A stretch of DNA of 64,000 bases. Source: Candidatus Micrarchaeota archaeon (GTDB lineage: Archaea > Micrarchaeota > Micrarchaeia > Micrarchaeales > CABMGC01). Position 1 is the stretch's first letter; each line of letters starts with the position of its first letter. Below are positions 1 through 9,249 of the stretch, in pieces. Where the stretch lies: the NCBI GenBank assembly GCA_021818925.1, contig JAKASU010000003.1:2806-66805 (forward strand). Reading direction: 5' to 3'. A program made the translations under genes and the position numbers. The notes under the pieces were generated by a model, which saw only the letters and a list, made by a program, of their open reading frames with translations, did not search any database and was not told where the DNA came from.

Positions 1-63
1 AAGGACCTCTCTGTCGGAGAATATCTTCGACTCCTTGAAAAGTTCAGCAAATTTTTCGTCCAA
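1..63 (-). CDS. possible 5' end of an unidentified CDS running off the left edge
   Basis: TTG at 63..61 directly follows the Mrp stop. 21 open codons (MDEKFAELFKESKIFSDREVL) reach the window edge. Too short for homology. Confidence 0.2.
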   Translation of the reverse strand, partial: MDEKFAELFKESKIFSDREVL

Positions 64-885
64 TCAGTCGCCCCCGCTTACCAATTTCTTTGTTATACTT
101 AAAAACTCTTCTTTGATCTCGCTGTCCTCCAATACAGGAACTCGACCCGAGTCGCTGAGCTTGTTGAAATCCTGGCTGCTCTTAACAACTCCCAGGAGCT
201 CGCACTTTAGCGCGTCAGCGACCTCCCTAGCGCCGTTTCCGTTCCCGTCGGACATGTTCTCCACCACTCCGATTATCGGCGCACCGAGCCTTTTGGCCAT
301 CATCCCAGAGCGAACAGCGTTTATGGCGGCGATGTGCTGCGGCGTCGTGACAAGCACGTAACCGTCCAGCTCGAGCAGCTGCATTATCGAAAGGTTGGAG
401 TCTGAAGTCCCCGGCGAGCAGTCGATGACAAGGTAGTCAAGAGCGCCCCACTCTGTCATCTCCAGGAACTCGGAAAGCATCTTCGCCACCATCGGCCCTC
501 TCCAGATTATGGGCCTCTTAGCCTCGTCTACAAACATCGCCGTTGAGATGACCTTCACGCCGTCTTTCTCTATGGGCTTGAGCGGATACTCGGGCACCCC
601 CGGGTCCTTTATGTTCAGGAAGAGATGGAGGTTTGGGCAGTCTATGTCTGCGTCGAGCAGGCCGACCTTGTAGCCCATCGCATTGAGCGTGTAGGCAAGG
701 TTCACGGCCACCGTCGTCTTACCGACGCCCCCCTTCGCGCTGTACACTCCTATCTTGTGTTTTATTCCAGACAGTTTCTCCTTTATCCTCTTCCTCTGCT
801 CCACTACCTTGAATATCGAGGGATGGACCACGTTGACCTTCGAGTTTCCTATGGCTACTTGCTGCTCCTCCTTTGTTTCCTCCAT
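64..885 (-). CDS. Mrp/NBP35-family Fe-S cluster carrier ATPase
   Basis: Deviant Walker A SAKGGVGKTT, then GLLDADIDCPN, IWRGPM, DYLVIDCSPGTSD and GVVENMS, all typical of the Mrp/ApbC family. Confidence 0.85.
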   Translation of the reverse strand: MEETKEEQQVAIGNSKVNVVHPSIFKVVEQRKRIKEKLSGIKHKIGVYSAKGGVGKTTVAVNLAYTLNAMGYKVGLLDADIDCPNLHLFLNIKDPGVPEYPLKPIEKDGVKVISTAMFVDEAKRPIIWRGPMVAKMLSEFLEMTEWGALDYLVIDCSPGTSDSNLSIMQLLELDGYVLVTTPQHIAAINAVRSGMMAKRLGAPIIGVVENMSDGNGNGAREVADALKCELLGVVKSSQDFNKLSDSGRVPVLEDSEIKEEFLSITKKLVSGGD

Positions 886-1010
886 GAATAGCCTTATTGA
901 TTCTCATTCTCTCTGCAGATATAAAAGGAGTTCTGTGCGCCCGAACAGGCGAAATACGAAACAACGAACAATGTTTTTAAACGCACAAAAGAGAACCCTT
1001 TTGTGATAGG

Positions 1011-1322
1011 TTGAGCATAGCCTACGTAGTCAACAACAGGGCTGACGTGCCTTCAGACGTTAGAATACTCGCGCTTCTGGCAGACGTCGCCAGGCCTGGA
1101 AAGGACGGGAAGACGCCTACCGAGCTAGCAAAAAGCCTGAAGACGCACGTTTCGCAGGTGTCAAGATCCATAAGCAGGTTGCAGGAACGCGGAATGGTGA
1201 AGCGCCTCGCGGCAAGCCGTATAAGAACGTACGGGAACGAGGAGGTTACAGCCAGGAACAGGTACTATGCAATAAAGGGCGAGGGGCTCGTTTACCTTTA
1301 CGGCAGCTTGAGGTCCCACTAG
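1011..1322 (+). CDS. winged-helix (MarR/ArsR-like) DNA-binding protein
   Basis: TTG start. Helix-turn-helix-like segment TPTELAKSLKTHVSQVSRSISRLQERGMVKR followed by a wing-like stretch. 15 nt upstream of the next gene. Confidence 0.55.
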   Translation: MSIAYVVNNRADVPSDVRILALLADVARPGKDGKTPTELAKSLKTHVSQVSRSISRLQERGMVKRLAASRIRTYGNEEVTARNRYYAIKGEGLVYLYGSLRSH

Positions 1323-1337
1323 CAACAAGCAGGTAGA

Positions 1338-1928
1338 ATGACCGCAACAAAAACAAAGACCCGGGAACAGAAGCTCGCGAAAGTCGACGCTTTGGTCATG
1401 GCCGCAGATTTTGTCGCTGTTGAGCAGCTCAGCTACGCCCTGCGGCCTAAGCAGGAAGAGAAAATCCCGTCATTCGAGGACATCGACCAAGAGTCCGAAG
1501 CCAAGTTCCTCGCAGAGCTGAACAGATGCGCACAGAAATACGGAATGCCTTTGAGGAAAAACATCAGGGCAAGGTTCTCAGACGACGAGGCGATCATCGC
1601 ATACAACGACGGAGGAACCATCGTGCTCAACCTCAACAGCGAACCGGCGAACAGGGCGTACCAGAAGGCGGTGTACGGCGTCGGTAGGAGCAAGGACTCT
1701 GCGCTCATCAGCTTTATGCTGCAGGTGTTCCCCCACGAGCAGGCCCACGACAGTCACGGTGACCACGATATGCACTTCTTCCTTGCGGAGGGGAAGGCGA
1801 TGCGCGAATTCATCCTCGCGATGCTGCTGAAGAGCGAAGAAAGGGACAGGCAGGGAGACGCGAAAGATTGCCTATCAACGCAGGAACTTCTCAAAACCAT
1901 AGCCCGCCTGGGCCGCCGCACGCTGTAG
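1338..1928 (+). CDS. hypothetical protein with HExxH (SprT/DUF45-like) putative zinc-metallopeptidase motif
   Basis: VFPHEQAHDSHGDHDMHFF contains HExxH plus downstream His residues. No other family recognised. Confidence 0.4.
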   Translation: MTATKTKTREQKLAKVDALVMAADFVAVEQLSYALRPKQEEKIPSFEDIDQESEAKFLAELNRCAQKYGMPLRKNIRARFSDDEAIIAYNDGGTIVLNLNSEPANRAYQKAVYGVGRSKDSALISFMLQVFPHEQAHDSHGDHDMHFFLAEGKAMREFILAMLLKSEERDRQGDAKDCLSTQELLKTIARLGRRTL

Positions 1929-2077
1929 CCTGTAGATGCCGCAAAGGATGCGGCAAAGGCAGAGCAAAAGGTATTTAATAGTGGTTAGACAATATACTTC
2001 CTGTAACTAGAGAAGAGAATTAACTGCCTTATGGCTTTTACAAATTCTATTCTGTTTTCACGTTTAACGGTGGAAAA

Positions 2078-2773
2078 GTGTATCCAAACATCCAAGCATA
2101 TGATAGGGGAGTGATGTTCAACCCTGACGGCAGGCTATTCCAGGTGGAGTACGCAAAGGAAGCGGTCAGGAGAGGCGGAGCAGCGATAGGCATGGTAACG
2201 AAGAGCGGAGTCGCGTTCGTGGCGCACAAGAACGTAGACGAACCGATGGCTGTGCTTTCAAGCATGCAGAAGGTATTCCGCATAGACGCTCACATAGGCG
2301 GGGCGTACAGCGGCATAGTCGCCGACGGCCTGCACGTAATCGACGAGACGCGATCGGCAGCGCAGAGCCACCGCATGGTCTTCGACGAGGTCAAGTCTGT
2401 CGAGGCGATAGCGAAGGGGCTCTCATCTTACATACTTCAGGCAACATTCTACGGAGGCGTGAGGCCCTACGGGGTGTCGCTTCTAGTGGGGGGCATAGAC
2501 ACAGAGAAGAGGCTCTTCGAGGTCGGCCCCGATGCAGCCCTCCTCGGCTACAAGGCTGACGCGATTGGAGCTGGGAAGAAGATAGCAACGGACATGCTGG
2601 TCAAGGAGTACAAGGACGGCATGGCAACAGACGACGCTCTCAAGCTAGGGATAAAGATAATAAACAAGATAACCGAGGGCAAGCTCGCCAGCGATCATGT
2701 TGATATAGGATACATAGAAGAGGGCAAGGAGTTCGTGGTGCTCTCCGAGCAGGAAATAGCGAAATACTTCTGA
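2078..2773 (+). CDS. psmA: proteasome subunit alpha
   Basis: YDRGVMFNPDGRLFQVEYAKEAV signature. GTG start 5 nt after a GGTGG Shine-Dalgarno-like element. Confidence 0.95.
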   Translation: MYPNIQAYDRGVMFNPDGRLFQVEYAKEAVRRGGAAIGMVTKSGVAFVAHKNVDEPMAVLSSMQKVFRIDAHIGGAYSGIVADGLHVIDETRSAAQSHRMVFDEVKSVEAIAKGLSSYILQATFYGGVRPYGVSLLVGGIDTEKRLFEVGPDAALLGYKADAIGAGKKIATDMLVKEYKDGMATDDALKLGIKIINKITEGKLASDHVDIGYIEEGKEFVVLSEQEIAKYF

Positions 2774-2787
2774 TTGTTTGTGGAACC

Positions 2788-3474
2788 ATGTCAAAGACTG
2801 TAATAGCTAAGTACATAGTGGCTGGAGAAACCTTCGAAATTTTCGTTGATTCTGACAAGGCCTACGATTACATAACGGGCAAGCTGCAGGACCCGCTGTC
2901 GGCCCTTGAAGTGGAGGACATCTTCAAGGACGCGAACAAGGGCGACAGGCAGAGTCAGGACAAGCTAAAGAAGGCTTTCAACACCGAGGACCTCGGCAAG
3001 ATTGCAGGCGTGATACTAAAGAACGGCAACGTGCCGCTCACAACAGAGCAGAGGAACAAGCTCCTTGAGGAGAAGAGGAAGCAGATAGTGAACATAATTG
3101 CAACCAATGCGATAGACCCGAGGACGAACGCGCCTCACACCCCGCAGCGCATAGAGATAGCGATGCAGGAGTCGAAAATATCGATTGACGCATTCAAGCC
3201 CGCAAGCGAACAGGTTCCGGAGATAGTCAAGAAACTAAGCCTCAAGCTGCCGCTGAAGTTCTCGACAGTGAAACTGGAGGTCACGATCGCTCCGCAGTAC
3301 TCCAACAGGTGCTACGGCCTTCTCAAGCAGTACGGCCTCAAGTCAGAGCGCTGGCTGAACGACGGTTCGCTCTCCGCAACGCTGGAGTTCCCCGCGGGCC
3401 TGCAGAGCGAGTTCTTCGACAAGCTCAACAACGCAACAAAAGGGAGCGCGATTACGAAAATAGTTAGTGTGTGA
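2788..3474 (+). CDS. SBDS/Sdo1-family ribosome maturation protein
   Basis: N-terminus AKYIVAGETFEIFVDSDKAYDY and about 228 aa length are typical of archaeal SBDS. Position is conserved in the exosome superoperon. Confidence 0.85.
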   Translation: MSKTVIAKYIVAGETFEIFVDSDKAYDYITGKLQDPLSALEVEDIFKDANKGDRQSQDKLKKAFNTEDLGKIAGVILKNGNVPLTTEQRNKLLEEKRKQIVNIIATNAIDPRTNAPHTPQRIEIAMQESKISIDAFKPASEQVPEIVKKLSLKLPLKFSTVKLEVTIAPQYSNRCYGLLKQYGLKSERWLNDGSLSATLEFPAGLQSEFFDKLNNATKGSAITKIVSV

Positions 3475-4157
3475 ACATGAAGATAGTATTGCCCGGCGAT
3501 AAGATATCCGATGGGCCGGTAAGAATGGAAAATACGATAGTGGAGAACGGCAAGACATACGCCACTGTGATAGGCATGCTTGACGAATCGAAGGGCGCGT
3601 TCGTGCCCCTTGAGAGCGTCTGGTATCCGAGGCAGGGCGACTTTGTCATAGGCATAGTGGAGAACTCGAAGAACAACGTGCAGACGGTGCAGTTCGACTC
3701 TCCTTTCCGCGGGCTTATACTCCCGCCCCCAAGGCCGAGGTTCGGAGGAAGGGGAAGGGACGACAGGTTCGGAGGCGGGCCACGCGAGGAGAGGCAGGAA
3801 GTGCTCCACATCGGAGATGTGGTCAGCGCATTCGTCAAGGACGTGAAGCGCGAATCAGATCAGATAATACTAATACTGGAGAGGCCGAAGAGGCTCTTCG
3901 GAGGAAAACTGGTAGAGGTCAGGCCCTCGAAGGTACCACGAATAATAGGCAAGGCAAGCACGATGCTGAAGCAGCTTGAGGACGGTACAAAGTGCACGAT
4001 ACTCGTAGGGCTCAACGGTATTATATGGGTGAATGGGGGCAACGTGGCACTGGCACAGAAAGCGATAACGAAGATACAGGAGGAGGCGCACATCGGAGGG
4101 CTGACAGAGCGGATAAGCGAGCTCCTGACAAGCGGGAGCATAAACAGAGGTAGTTGA
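3471..4157 (+). CDS. rrp4: exosome complex RNA-binding protein Rrp4 (S1 + KH)
   Basis: VLPGDKI N-terminal motif, S1-like core and C-terminal KH-like GLNGIIWV. 4-nt overlap with the upstream gene. Carries an RG-rich insert. Confidence 0.85.
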   Translation: MNMKIVLPGDKISDGPVRMENTIVENGKTYATVIGMLDESKGAFVPLESVWYPRQGDFVIGIVENSKNNVQTVQFDSPFRGLILPPPRPRFGGRGRDDRFGGGPREERQEVLHIGDVVSAFVKDVKRESDQIILILERPKRLFGGKLVEVRPSKVPRIIGKASTMLKQLEDGTKCTILVGLNGIIWVNGGNVALAQKAITKIQEEAHIGGLTERISELLTSGSINRGS

Positions 4158-4879
4158 TCATGGGAGGAGGCAAGAACAAACCAGAACTTATAGTTGGAGG
4201 CAAACGAACGGACGGCAGAGCCATGGACGAGCTCAGGCCGATAAAGATACAGGTAGGCATACTGAAGAACGCCGAGGGCTCCGCTTACCTGGAATGGGGC
4301 AACAACAAGGTGCTCGCGGCGGTTTACGGACCAAAGGAAGCACAGCCGAAGCATATAGCTAACCCTGACAGGGCCATAATAAAGTGCAGGTACCAGATGG
4401 CTCCGTTCTCATCGCTCGAGGAGCACAGCAGGTCGGGTCCCAACAGGCGCGCCATAGAGATATCCAAGGTCACCAAGGAGGTTTTTGAGAATGTTATAAT
4501 GCTCGACAACTTCCCAGGCAGCGAGATAGACATATTCGTTGAGGTGCTGCAGAGCGACGGAGGCACGAGGGCCGCGGGCATAACTGCGGCTGCTGTTGCC
4601 GTAGCGAGCAGCGGCATACCTATGCGCGATATACCCTACGCCGTTTCCGCAGGCAAGGCAGGCGAAGAGATAATACTCGACCTGAACAAGATCGAGGACA
4701 ACTACTCCGAGGCTGACATGCCCATAGCCGTCGCGCCCAGGAACAACGACATACTACTTCTTCAGATGGACGGATCGCTGACAAGCGAGCAGATAAGGAA
4801 GGCAACCGACATGGTAATCAAGGCCGGAGAGACGATAACGAAGCTTCAGCGCGAGGCGCTCGAGGCGAGGTACAGTTAG
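4154..4879 (+). CDS. rrp41: exosome complex exonuclease Rrp41 (RNase PH domain)
   Basis: RTDGRAMDELRPIKIQVGILKNAEGSAYLEWGNNKV and SDGGTRAA RNase PH motifs. Confidence 0.92.
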   Translation: MIMGGGKNKPELIVGGKRTDGRAMDELRPIKIQVGILKNAEGSAYLEWGNNKVLAAVYGPKEAQPKHIANPDRAIIKCRYQMAPFSSLEEHSRSGPNRRAIEISKVTKEVFENVIMLDNFPGSEIDIFVEVLQSDGGTRAAGITAAAVAVASSGIPMRDIPYAVSAGKAGEEIILDLNKIEDNYSEADMPIAVAPRNNDILLLQMDGSLTSEQIRKATDMVIKAGETITKLQREALEARYS

Positions 4880-4887
4880 GTGATCGC

Positions 4888-5667
4888 ATGATAGCTGAAA
4901 ACGAGGAGTACATACTTGAGATGCTCGGCAAGGGAATGCGCGAGCACGAACGCGGGCACATGCAGTACAGGGACATAAAGATAGAAACGAACACGATCCC
5001 CCATGCAGAAGGATCGGCAACCGTAGACATAGGCAACACCAAGGTGCTTGTCGGAGTCAAGCTTGCTGTAGGAACTCCGCTCCCGGATAAGCCTGACGAA
5101 GGCGCACTGGTGACTGGCGCTGAGCTTCTTCCTCTTGCGAACGCAGAATACGAGACCGGACCACCGAGCCCCGAGGCCATCGAGTTCGCAAGGGTCGTGG
5201 ACAGGGGGATAAGGGCCGCAGGGGTTGTTGACACAGACGCTCTCTTTATAGAGAAGGACAAGGTCTGGACAGCGTTCGTCGACATCTACGTGCTCAACTA
5301 CGACGGCAACCTTTTCGACGCTGGCACGCTCGCCGCTACTACAGCCCTGCTTTCGGCAAGGATGCCAAAGCTTGAGGGCGATGAGGTCATAAGGGAGGGC
5401 AACCTCGGGAAGCTGAAGACCAACGGAATTGTCACTTCGTGCACATACGCGAAGGTGAGCAAGAACGTGCTGCTAGACCCGAACGGCAACGAGGAAAGGA
5501 TAATGTCAGGCAGGCTTACAATAGCGAACGACGAGAAAGTGGTCAGGGCCATGCAGAAGGGCCTCAGCGGATCGTTCTCTTTCAAGGAGCTGACAGAACT
5601 CGTTGACGCAACATTTGATAAGTCTAAGCAGCTAAGAGATAAGATGAAGCAGGCAATCGGAGATTAG
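4888..5667 (+). CDS. rrp42: exosome complex component Rrp42 (RNase PH-like, inactive)
   Basis: RNase PH-like sequence (AEGSATVDIGNTKVLVGVK) directly after rrp41. Confidence 0.9.
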   Translation: MIAENEEYILEMLGKGMREHERGHMQYRDIKIETNTIPHAEGSATVDIGNTKVLVGVKLAVGTPLPDKPDEGALVTGAELLPLANAEYETGPPSPEAIEFARVVDRGIRAAGVVDTDALFIEKDKVWTAFVDIYVLNYDGNLFDAGTLAATTALLSARMPKLEGDEVIREGNLGKLKTNGIVTSCTYAKVSKNVLLDPNGNEERIMSGRLTIANDEKVVRAMQKGLSGSFSFKELTELVDATFDKSKQLRDKMKQAIGD

Positions 5668-5668
5668 A

Positions 5669-5911
5669 ATGGCAAACTGGAGCATAAGGTATGGGGTAAA
5701 CCTCAGGAAGAGGAGCCTGGCCATAGCCAAGGAGAAGAAGGCTCTGTACGAGTGCGACGTTTGCGGAAGAAGCGCGGTCAAGAGGATAAGCACCGGCATA
5801 TGGAGGTGCAAGCACTGCGGCGCAATGTTCGCGGGCGGCGCCTACAGCTTGAAGACCGAGACCGGAAGGACCGTCGAACGCATACTGAGCCAGATCAAGA
5901 AGGTGGAATGA
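5669..5911 (+). CDS. rpl37ae: 50S ribosomal protein L37Ae
   Basis: Zinc ribbon CDVCGRSAVKRISTGIWRCKHCGAMFAGGAY. Confidence 0.95.
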   Translation: MANWSIRYGVNLRKRSLAIAKEKKALYECDVCGRSAVKRISTGIWRCKHCGAMFAGGAYSLKTETGRTVERILSQIKKVE

Positions 5912-6276
5912 TGGTGAAGGTTACTTTCTCCCCGGCAACAGACCTCGTGATCCACGAGACCGTAGAGGTCACCAAGGACGACCTGCTGCTCGAGAGGATA
6001 ACCCCGCAGGGCAACCTGCCGCTCTACTGGTGCAACGGGATACTCTTCAGCTTCTCCTCCGTGCCCATGACCGAAGAGATAGTAAAAGAGTATCTTAAGG
6101 GCAGGATACACTGGCTCGAGGTCCACTTCACGAAGATGGACAGGTACACGCCTGTGATAACGTTCGAATCAGCGGAGTACAAGTCCACAATGAACGTGAA
6201 GGTGATAGACACGAGCACATCGGAGCTGCACAAGGAGTTCATCACCTGGCTTAAGTCTAATGTTAAAAAGAAGTGA
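5908..6276 (+). CDS. hypothetical 122-aa protein embedded between L37Ae and RpoP
   Basis: ATGA start/stop overlap with rpl37ae. The longer 5752 start in the ORF track would overlap L37Ae out of frame. No family recognised. Confidence 0.55.
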   Translation: MMVKVTFSPATDLVIHETVEVTKDDLLLERITPQGNLPLYWCNGILFSFSSVPMTEEIVKEYLKGRIHWLEVHFTKMDRYTPVITFESAEYKSTMNVKVIDTSTSELHKEFITWLKSNVKKK

Positions 6277-6280
6277 AAAA

Positions 6281-6412
6281 ATGGCGTACGTTTGCCTGCA
6301 CTGCAAGAGAGAGGTCAAAACCCTAGAGAAGAATTTCGTCAGGTGCCCCTACTGCGGTTACAGGGTGCTTGGAAAGAAAAGGTCACCGCTGGCAAAGGAG
6401 GTTTCCTCCTAG
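6281..6412 (+). CDS. rpoP: DNA-directed RNA polymerase subunit P (Rpo12)
   Basis: Hand-translated 43 aa, below the ORF-track cutoff: MAYVCLHCKREVKTLEKNFVRCPYCGYRVLGKKRSPLAKEVSS. Has the CxxC...RCPYCGYR signature of RpoP. Confidence 0.85.
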   Translation: MAYVCLHCKREVKTLEKNFVRCPYCGYRVLGKKRSPLAKEVSS

Positions 6413-6649
6413 TCAGCTGCCGCTTACCAGTATCGTGTCAGCGACCTTCTTCACTCTCTTGTACTCAACCCCGTTCTTGAACAGGCTCCTTATCATGTCG
6501 CCCGCTTTTGACGGGTCTATCTTTCCAAGAAGCAGATGCGACACCTGCTTGCCTTCTATATCTATGACAACCTCACCCACCTCTCCTATCCAGTGGCCAG
6601 TTCCTGAGATTATCTTCTTGCCGTAGAGTTCGGATATGCTTATGGTCAT
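6413..6649 (-). CDS. PRC-barrel domain protein
   Basis: ISELYGKKIISGTGHWIGEVGEVVIDIEGKQVSHLLL matches the PRC-barrel pattern. Confidence 0.6.
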   Translation of the reverse strand: MTISISELYGKKIISGTGHWIGEVGEVVIDIEGKQVSHLLLGKIDPSKAGDMIRSLFKNGVEYKRVKKVADTILVSGS

Positions 6650-7215
6650 GCGGTCGCCTTTATCTCCAGTTTCCTAATATTCTGAGAAGCAAAACTTCTT
6701 ATTATATTGTCCCTGACCTCGCCGATGAACGCCGCGTTATCCGCATTCTCGCCCTTTCCCATAGCTATGTATCGGCTGAATCTAGATATCATGTTCTTGA
6801 CGTAGTCGTCGCCCAGAAGGCAGAATCTGCTTCCGCACTTTAGGCACGTGAATATTGGAATGACAGGAGCATCGCTAATCTCCTCTGTCGCCTTGCCGTC
6901 TTGCTCCCTCTCTATCTCGTCTCCTCCGCAAGAGCTGCATACCGCTTGTGCCTTCACGTGCTCGAATCTGCCGGTTTCCTCCACCTCAAGTGTTGCAAAC
7001 CCTGCAAAATACGTTTCTAGCGCAGATGTAGTGCTCCTGGATTGCTGGTTCTCTACCCTGTCAACTATCTCTCCGTTGGTCTTGAACCTGCTTATCAATG
7101 TGCCCCATGCCATGGGTTCCGCTATGCAGAAAACCATGCCAGCGCTGCTCCTGAAGTTCTCGGTTCGCAGCCTCTTATCCGGGCTCCTGTACGCCTTAAT
7201 CTTCATCCAAACCAA
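6646..7215 (-). CDS. hypothetical protein with two CxxC pairs (zinc-ribbon-like)
   Basis: CSSCGG...CLKCGSRFC. 4-nt overlap with the PRC-barrel gene. Start uncertain (7215 or 7206). Confidence 0.45.
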   Translation of the reverse strand: MVWMKIKAYRSPDKRLRTENFRSSAGMVFCIAEPMAWGTLISRFKTNGEIVDRVENQQSRSTTSALETYFAGFATLEVEETGRFEHVKAQAVCSSCGGDEIEREQDGKATEEISDAPVIPIFTCLKCGSRFCLLGDDYVKNMISRFSRYIAMGKGENADNAAFIGEVRDNIIRSFASQNIRKLEIKATA

Positions 7216-7441
7216 TCTTCATTACGTAATCTTCGATGTCCTTCTTCATTACCTTGTTCCTTTTATCCTTTTTGGCGTTCTTCACAGCAAAAAGCGAAAT
7301 CTTCTTCGCCTTTTTCTCCAGCACTGCTGCGATGGCGGCAGCGGCATCGTCGGTTATCTTCAGCCCGAACGAACGCATCACCATCTTCTTTATCGCCTGC
7401 TTTGGTATGGTTGCCATTTCAGCACTCAAGATCCTCATCAC
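7196..7441 (-). CDS. archaeal histone (histone-fold protein)
   Basis: Colinear with HMf-type histones: IPKQAIKKMV / LKITDDAAAAIAAVLEKKAKKISLFAVKNAKKDKRNKVMKKDIEDYV. Start may be the internal M at 7417. Confidence 0.8.
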   Translation of the reverse strand: MMRILSAEMATIPKQAIKKMVMRSFGLKITDDAAAAIAAVLEKKAKKISLFAVKNAKKDKRNKVMKKDIEDYVMKIGLDED

Positions 7442-7568
7442 TGATCAGAAGAGACCTCATCACAAGCACAATTCGCATCAGATTCTTTAAATTCTTTGTA
7501 TGGAGATAAACCCACGGCTCTGGCAAATCTTATATATATGTAGAGGCATGTTATCATTCCTTGATCAG

Positions 7569-7916
7569 ATGGTTGAAGGGGTTAAGGTTCGTGATTCTAT
7601 GGTGAAAGACATAAACTCGGACGTTTTCGAGGCGGAGGTACTGAAGTCGAAGGTCCCGGTGGTGATAGATTTCTGGGCTCCATGGTGCGGCCCGTGCAGG
7701 ATTTTCAGCCCCACGATAGAGGACGTGTCGAAGGGATACGAGAACAAGGTAAAGTTCCTGAAGATGAATACGGACGAGAACGAGAGCATAGCAGGCGAAT
7801 ACAACATTATGAGCATCCCGACCGTGCTGCTCTTCGAGAACGGCCAGGTCAAGGCCATGTCTGTGGGCGCAATACCAAAACCAGAGTTCAAGAAATGGCT
7901 CGACAGCAACCTCTGA
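7569..7916 (+). CDS. trxA: thioredoxin
   Basis: WAPWCGPCR active site. The ORF opens at 7500, but the TATA-like element CTTATATATA at about 7529-7538 favours the ATG at 7569 or 7599. Confidence 0.85.
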   Translation: MVEGVKVRDSMVKDINSDVFEAEVLKSKVPVVIDFWAPWCGPCRIFSPTIEDVSKGYENKVKFLKMNTDENESIAGEYNIMSIPTVLLFENGQVKAMSVGAIPKPEFKKWLDSNL

Positions 7917-7964
7917 GCGTTTTCATTAGATAGGTCTATATTTGCTAATGTATAGAGCTTATCT

Positions 7965-9245
7965 GTGATTACGTTGGCAGAAAATACGCCGCGCGGAGTA
8001 CGGGATTTCTCTCCAGCCGAGGCTATATCTCTTAGGTACATCTCAGGCGTGGCGGAGGAGGTGTTCAAGCGTTTTGGCTTCTATCCGCTCGAGACGCCTG
8101 CGATAGAGAGCATGAGCGTGCTCAACGCAAAGGCGTACGGCGACGAATCCGCAAAGGAGATCTTCTCTCTCGAGGGAGGGGAGAGCGGGCTGAGATACGA
8201 CTTCACGGTGCCGCTCGCAAGGTACGTCGCGGCGAACAAGGATCTGGTGTTGCCGTTCAAGAGATACCAGATCGGGGCGATGTGGCGCAAGGAGGAGCCG
8301 CAGAAGATGAGGTACAGGGAGGCGTTGCAGGCCGACATAGACATAGTAGGCAGCGAAGAGGTGGAGAGCGACGCGGAGGTAGTGGCCGCTGCCGCGCTGG
8401 CAATAGAGGAACTCGGAATAAGAAGCTACTCAGTAATGCTCAACAGCAGGCAGATTCTCACCCAGATACTTACGTATTTCAAGATACCCGCGGACAAGCA
8501 GGTAGCCGTGCTGCGTGTCCTGGACAAGATGCAGAAGATAAGCCGCGACGAAGCGGTAAAGCAGATTTCAGATTCTGGGGTGGCCACGAACACGGCGGAT
8601 GAGCTTCTCAACTTCATCTCAGGGGAGGCGAAGAACGAGGACAAACTTCAGAAGATAGGCGCCAACATAGAAGGCGCCAAGGAGGCCGTCGAGAAGATGC
8701 AGAAGCTTCTTTCCCTGCTCGCTGAGTATAAGCTGAACGGCAACCTGAACCTGGAGCTCGGCCTCGCAAGGGGGCTCAACTACTACACCGGGTTCATATG
8801 GGAGTTCGTTGTCGAGGAGAATGGCAGAAGGCTGCCAAGCATAGGAGGCGGGGGCAGGTACGACAACCTCATAGGCATGTTTGCGAAGAGGAACGTGCCA
8901 GCCACGGGATCTTCTTTGGGAATAAGCAGGATTTTCGACATACTTGACCCACAGGACGGGAAGAAAACATACGCGAAGGTGTACATCGCATACATCGGAG
9001 ACCAGAACAGGGGCTATGCGGTCACCGCCGCAAACACGCTGCGCGGCAATGGAGTATACGCTGACATGAACACCACCTCCAGGAACCTTTCCAAGCAGCT
9101 CGAGTATGCCGGCGCGCTCAGGATAAGCAACGTCGTGATAATAGGAGACAAGGAGAGGGAGGCCGGAAAGGTGAGGCTCAGGAACATGGATACAGGCGAG
9201 GAAGAGTTAATTAGTTTGCAAGAGGCAATACAAAAACTGAGGTAA
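7965..9245 (+). CDS. hisS: histidine--tRNA ligase
   Basis: PRGVRDF, class II motifs (YQIGAMWRKEEPQ, GGGGRYDNL) and a C-terminal anticodon-binding domain. Confidence 0.93.
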   Translation: MITLAENTPRGVRDFSPAEAISLRYISGVAEEVFKRFGFYPLETPAIESMSVLNAKAYGDESAKEIFSLEGGESGLRYDFTVPLARYVAANKDLVLPFKRYQIGAMWRKEEPQKMRYREALQADIDIVGSEEVESDAEVVAAAALAIEELGIRSYSVMLNSRQILTQILTYFKIPADKQVAVLRVLDKMQKISRDEAVKQISDSGVATNTADELLNFISGEAKNEDKLQKIGANIEGAKEAVEKMQKLLSLLAEYKLNGNLNLELGLARGLNYYTGFIWEFVVEENGRRLPSIGGGGRYDNLIGMFAKRNVPATGSSLGISRIFDILDPQDGKKTYAKVYIAYIGDQNRGYAVTAANTLRGNGVYADMNTTSRNLSKQLEYAGALRISNVVIIGDKEREAGKVRLRNMDTGEEELISLQEAIQKLR

Positions 9246-9249
9246 ACAC

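Noticed and set aside
1938-1954. The hairpin GCCGCA-AAGGA-TGCGGC just after the stop of the HExxH gene, as a terminator.
   Set aside because: It has only a 6-bp stem and no following T-tract. Archaeal termination mainly uses oligo-T. It is noted but not called.
5752-6276. The long form (174 aa) of the ORF after L37Ae.
   Set aside because: Its first 52 codons overlap rpl37ae out of frame and are Arg-rich filler. The ATG at 5908, in an ATGA overlap with the L37Ae stop, is the sensible start.
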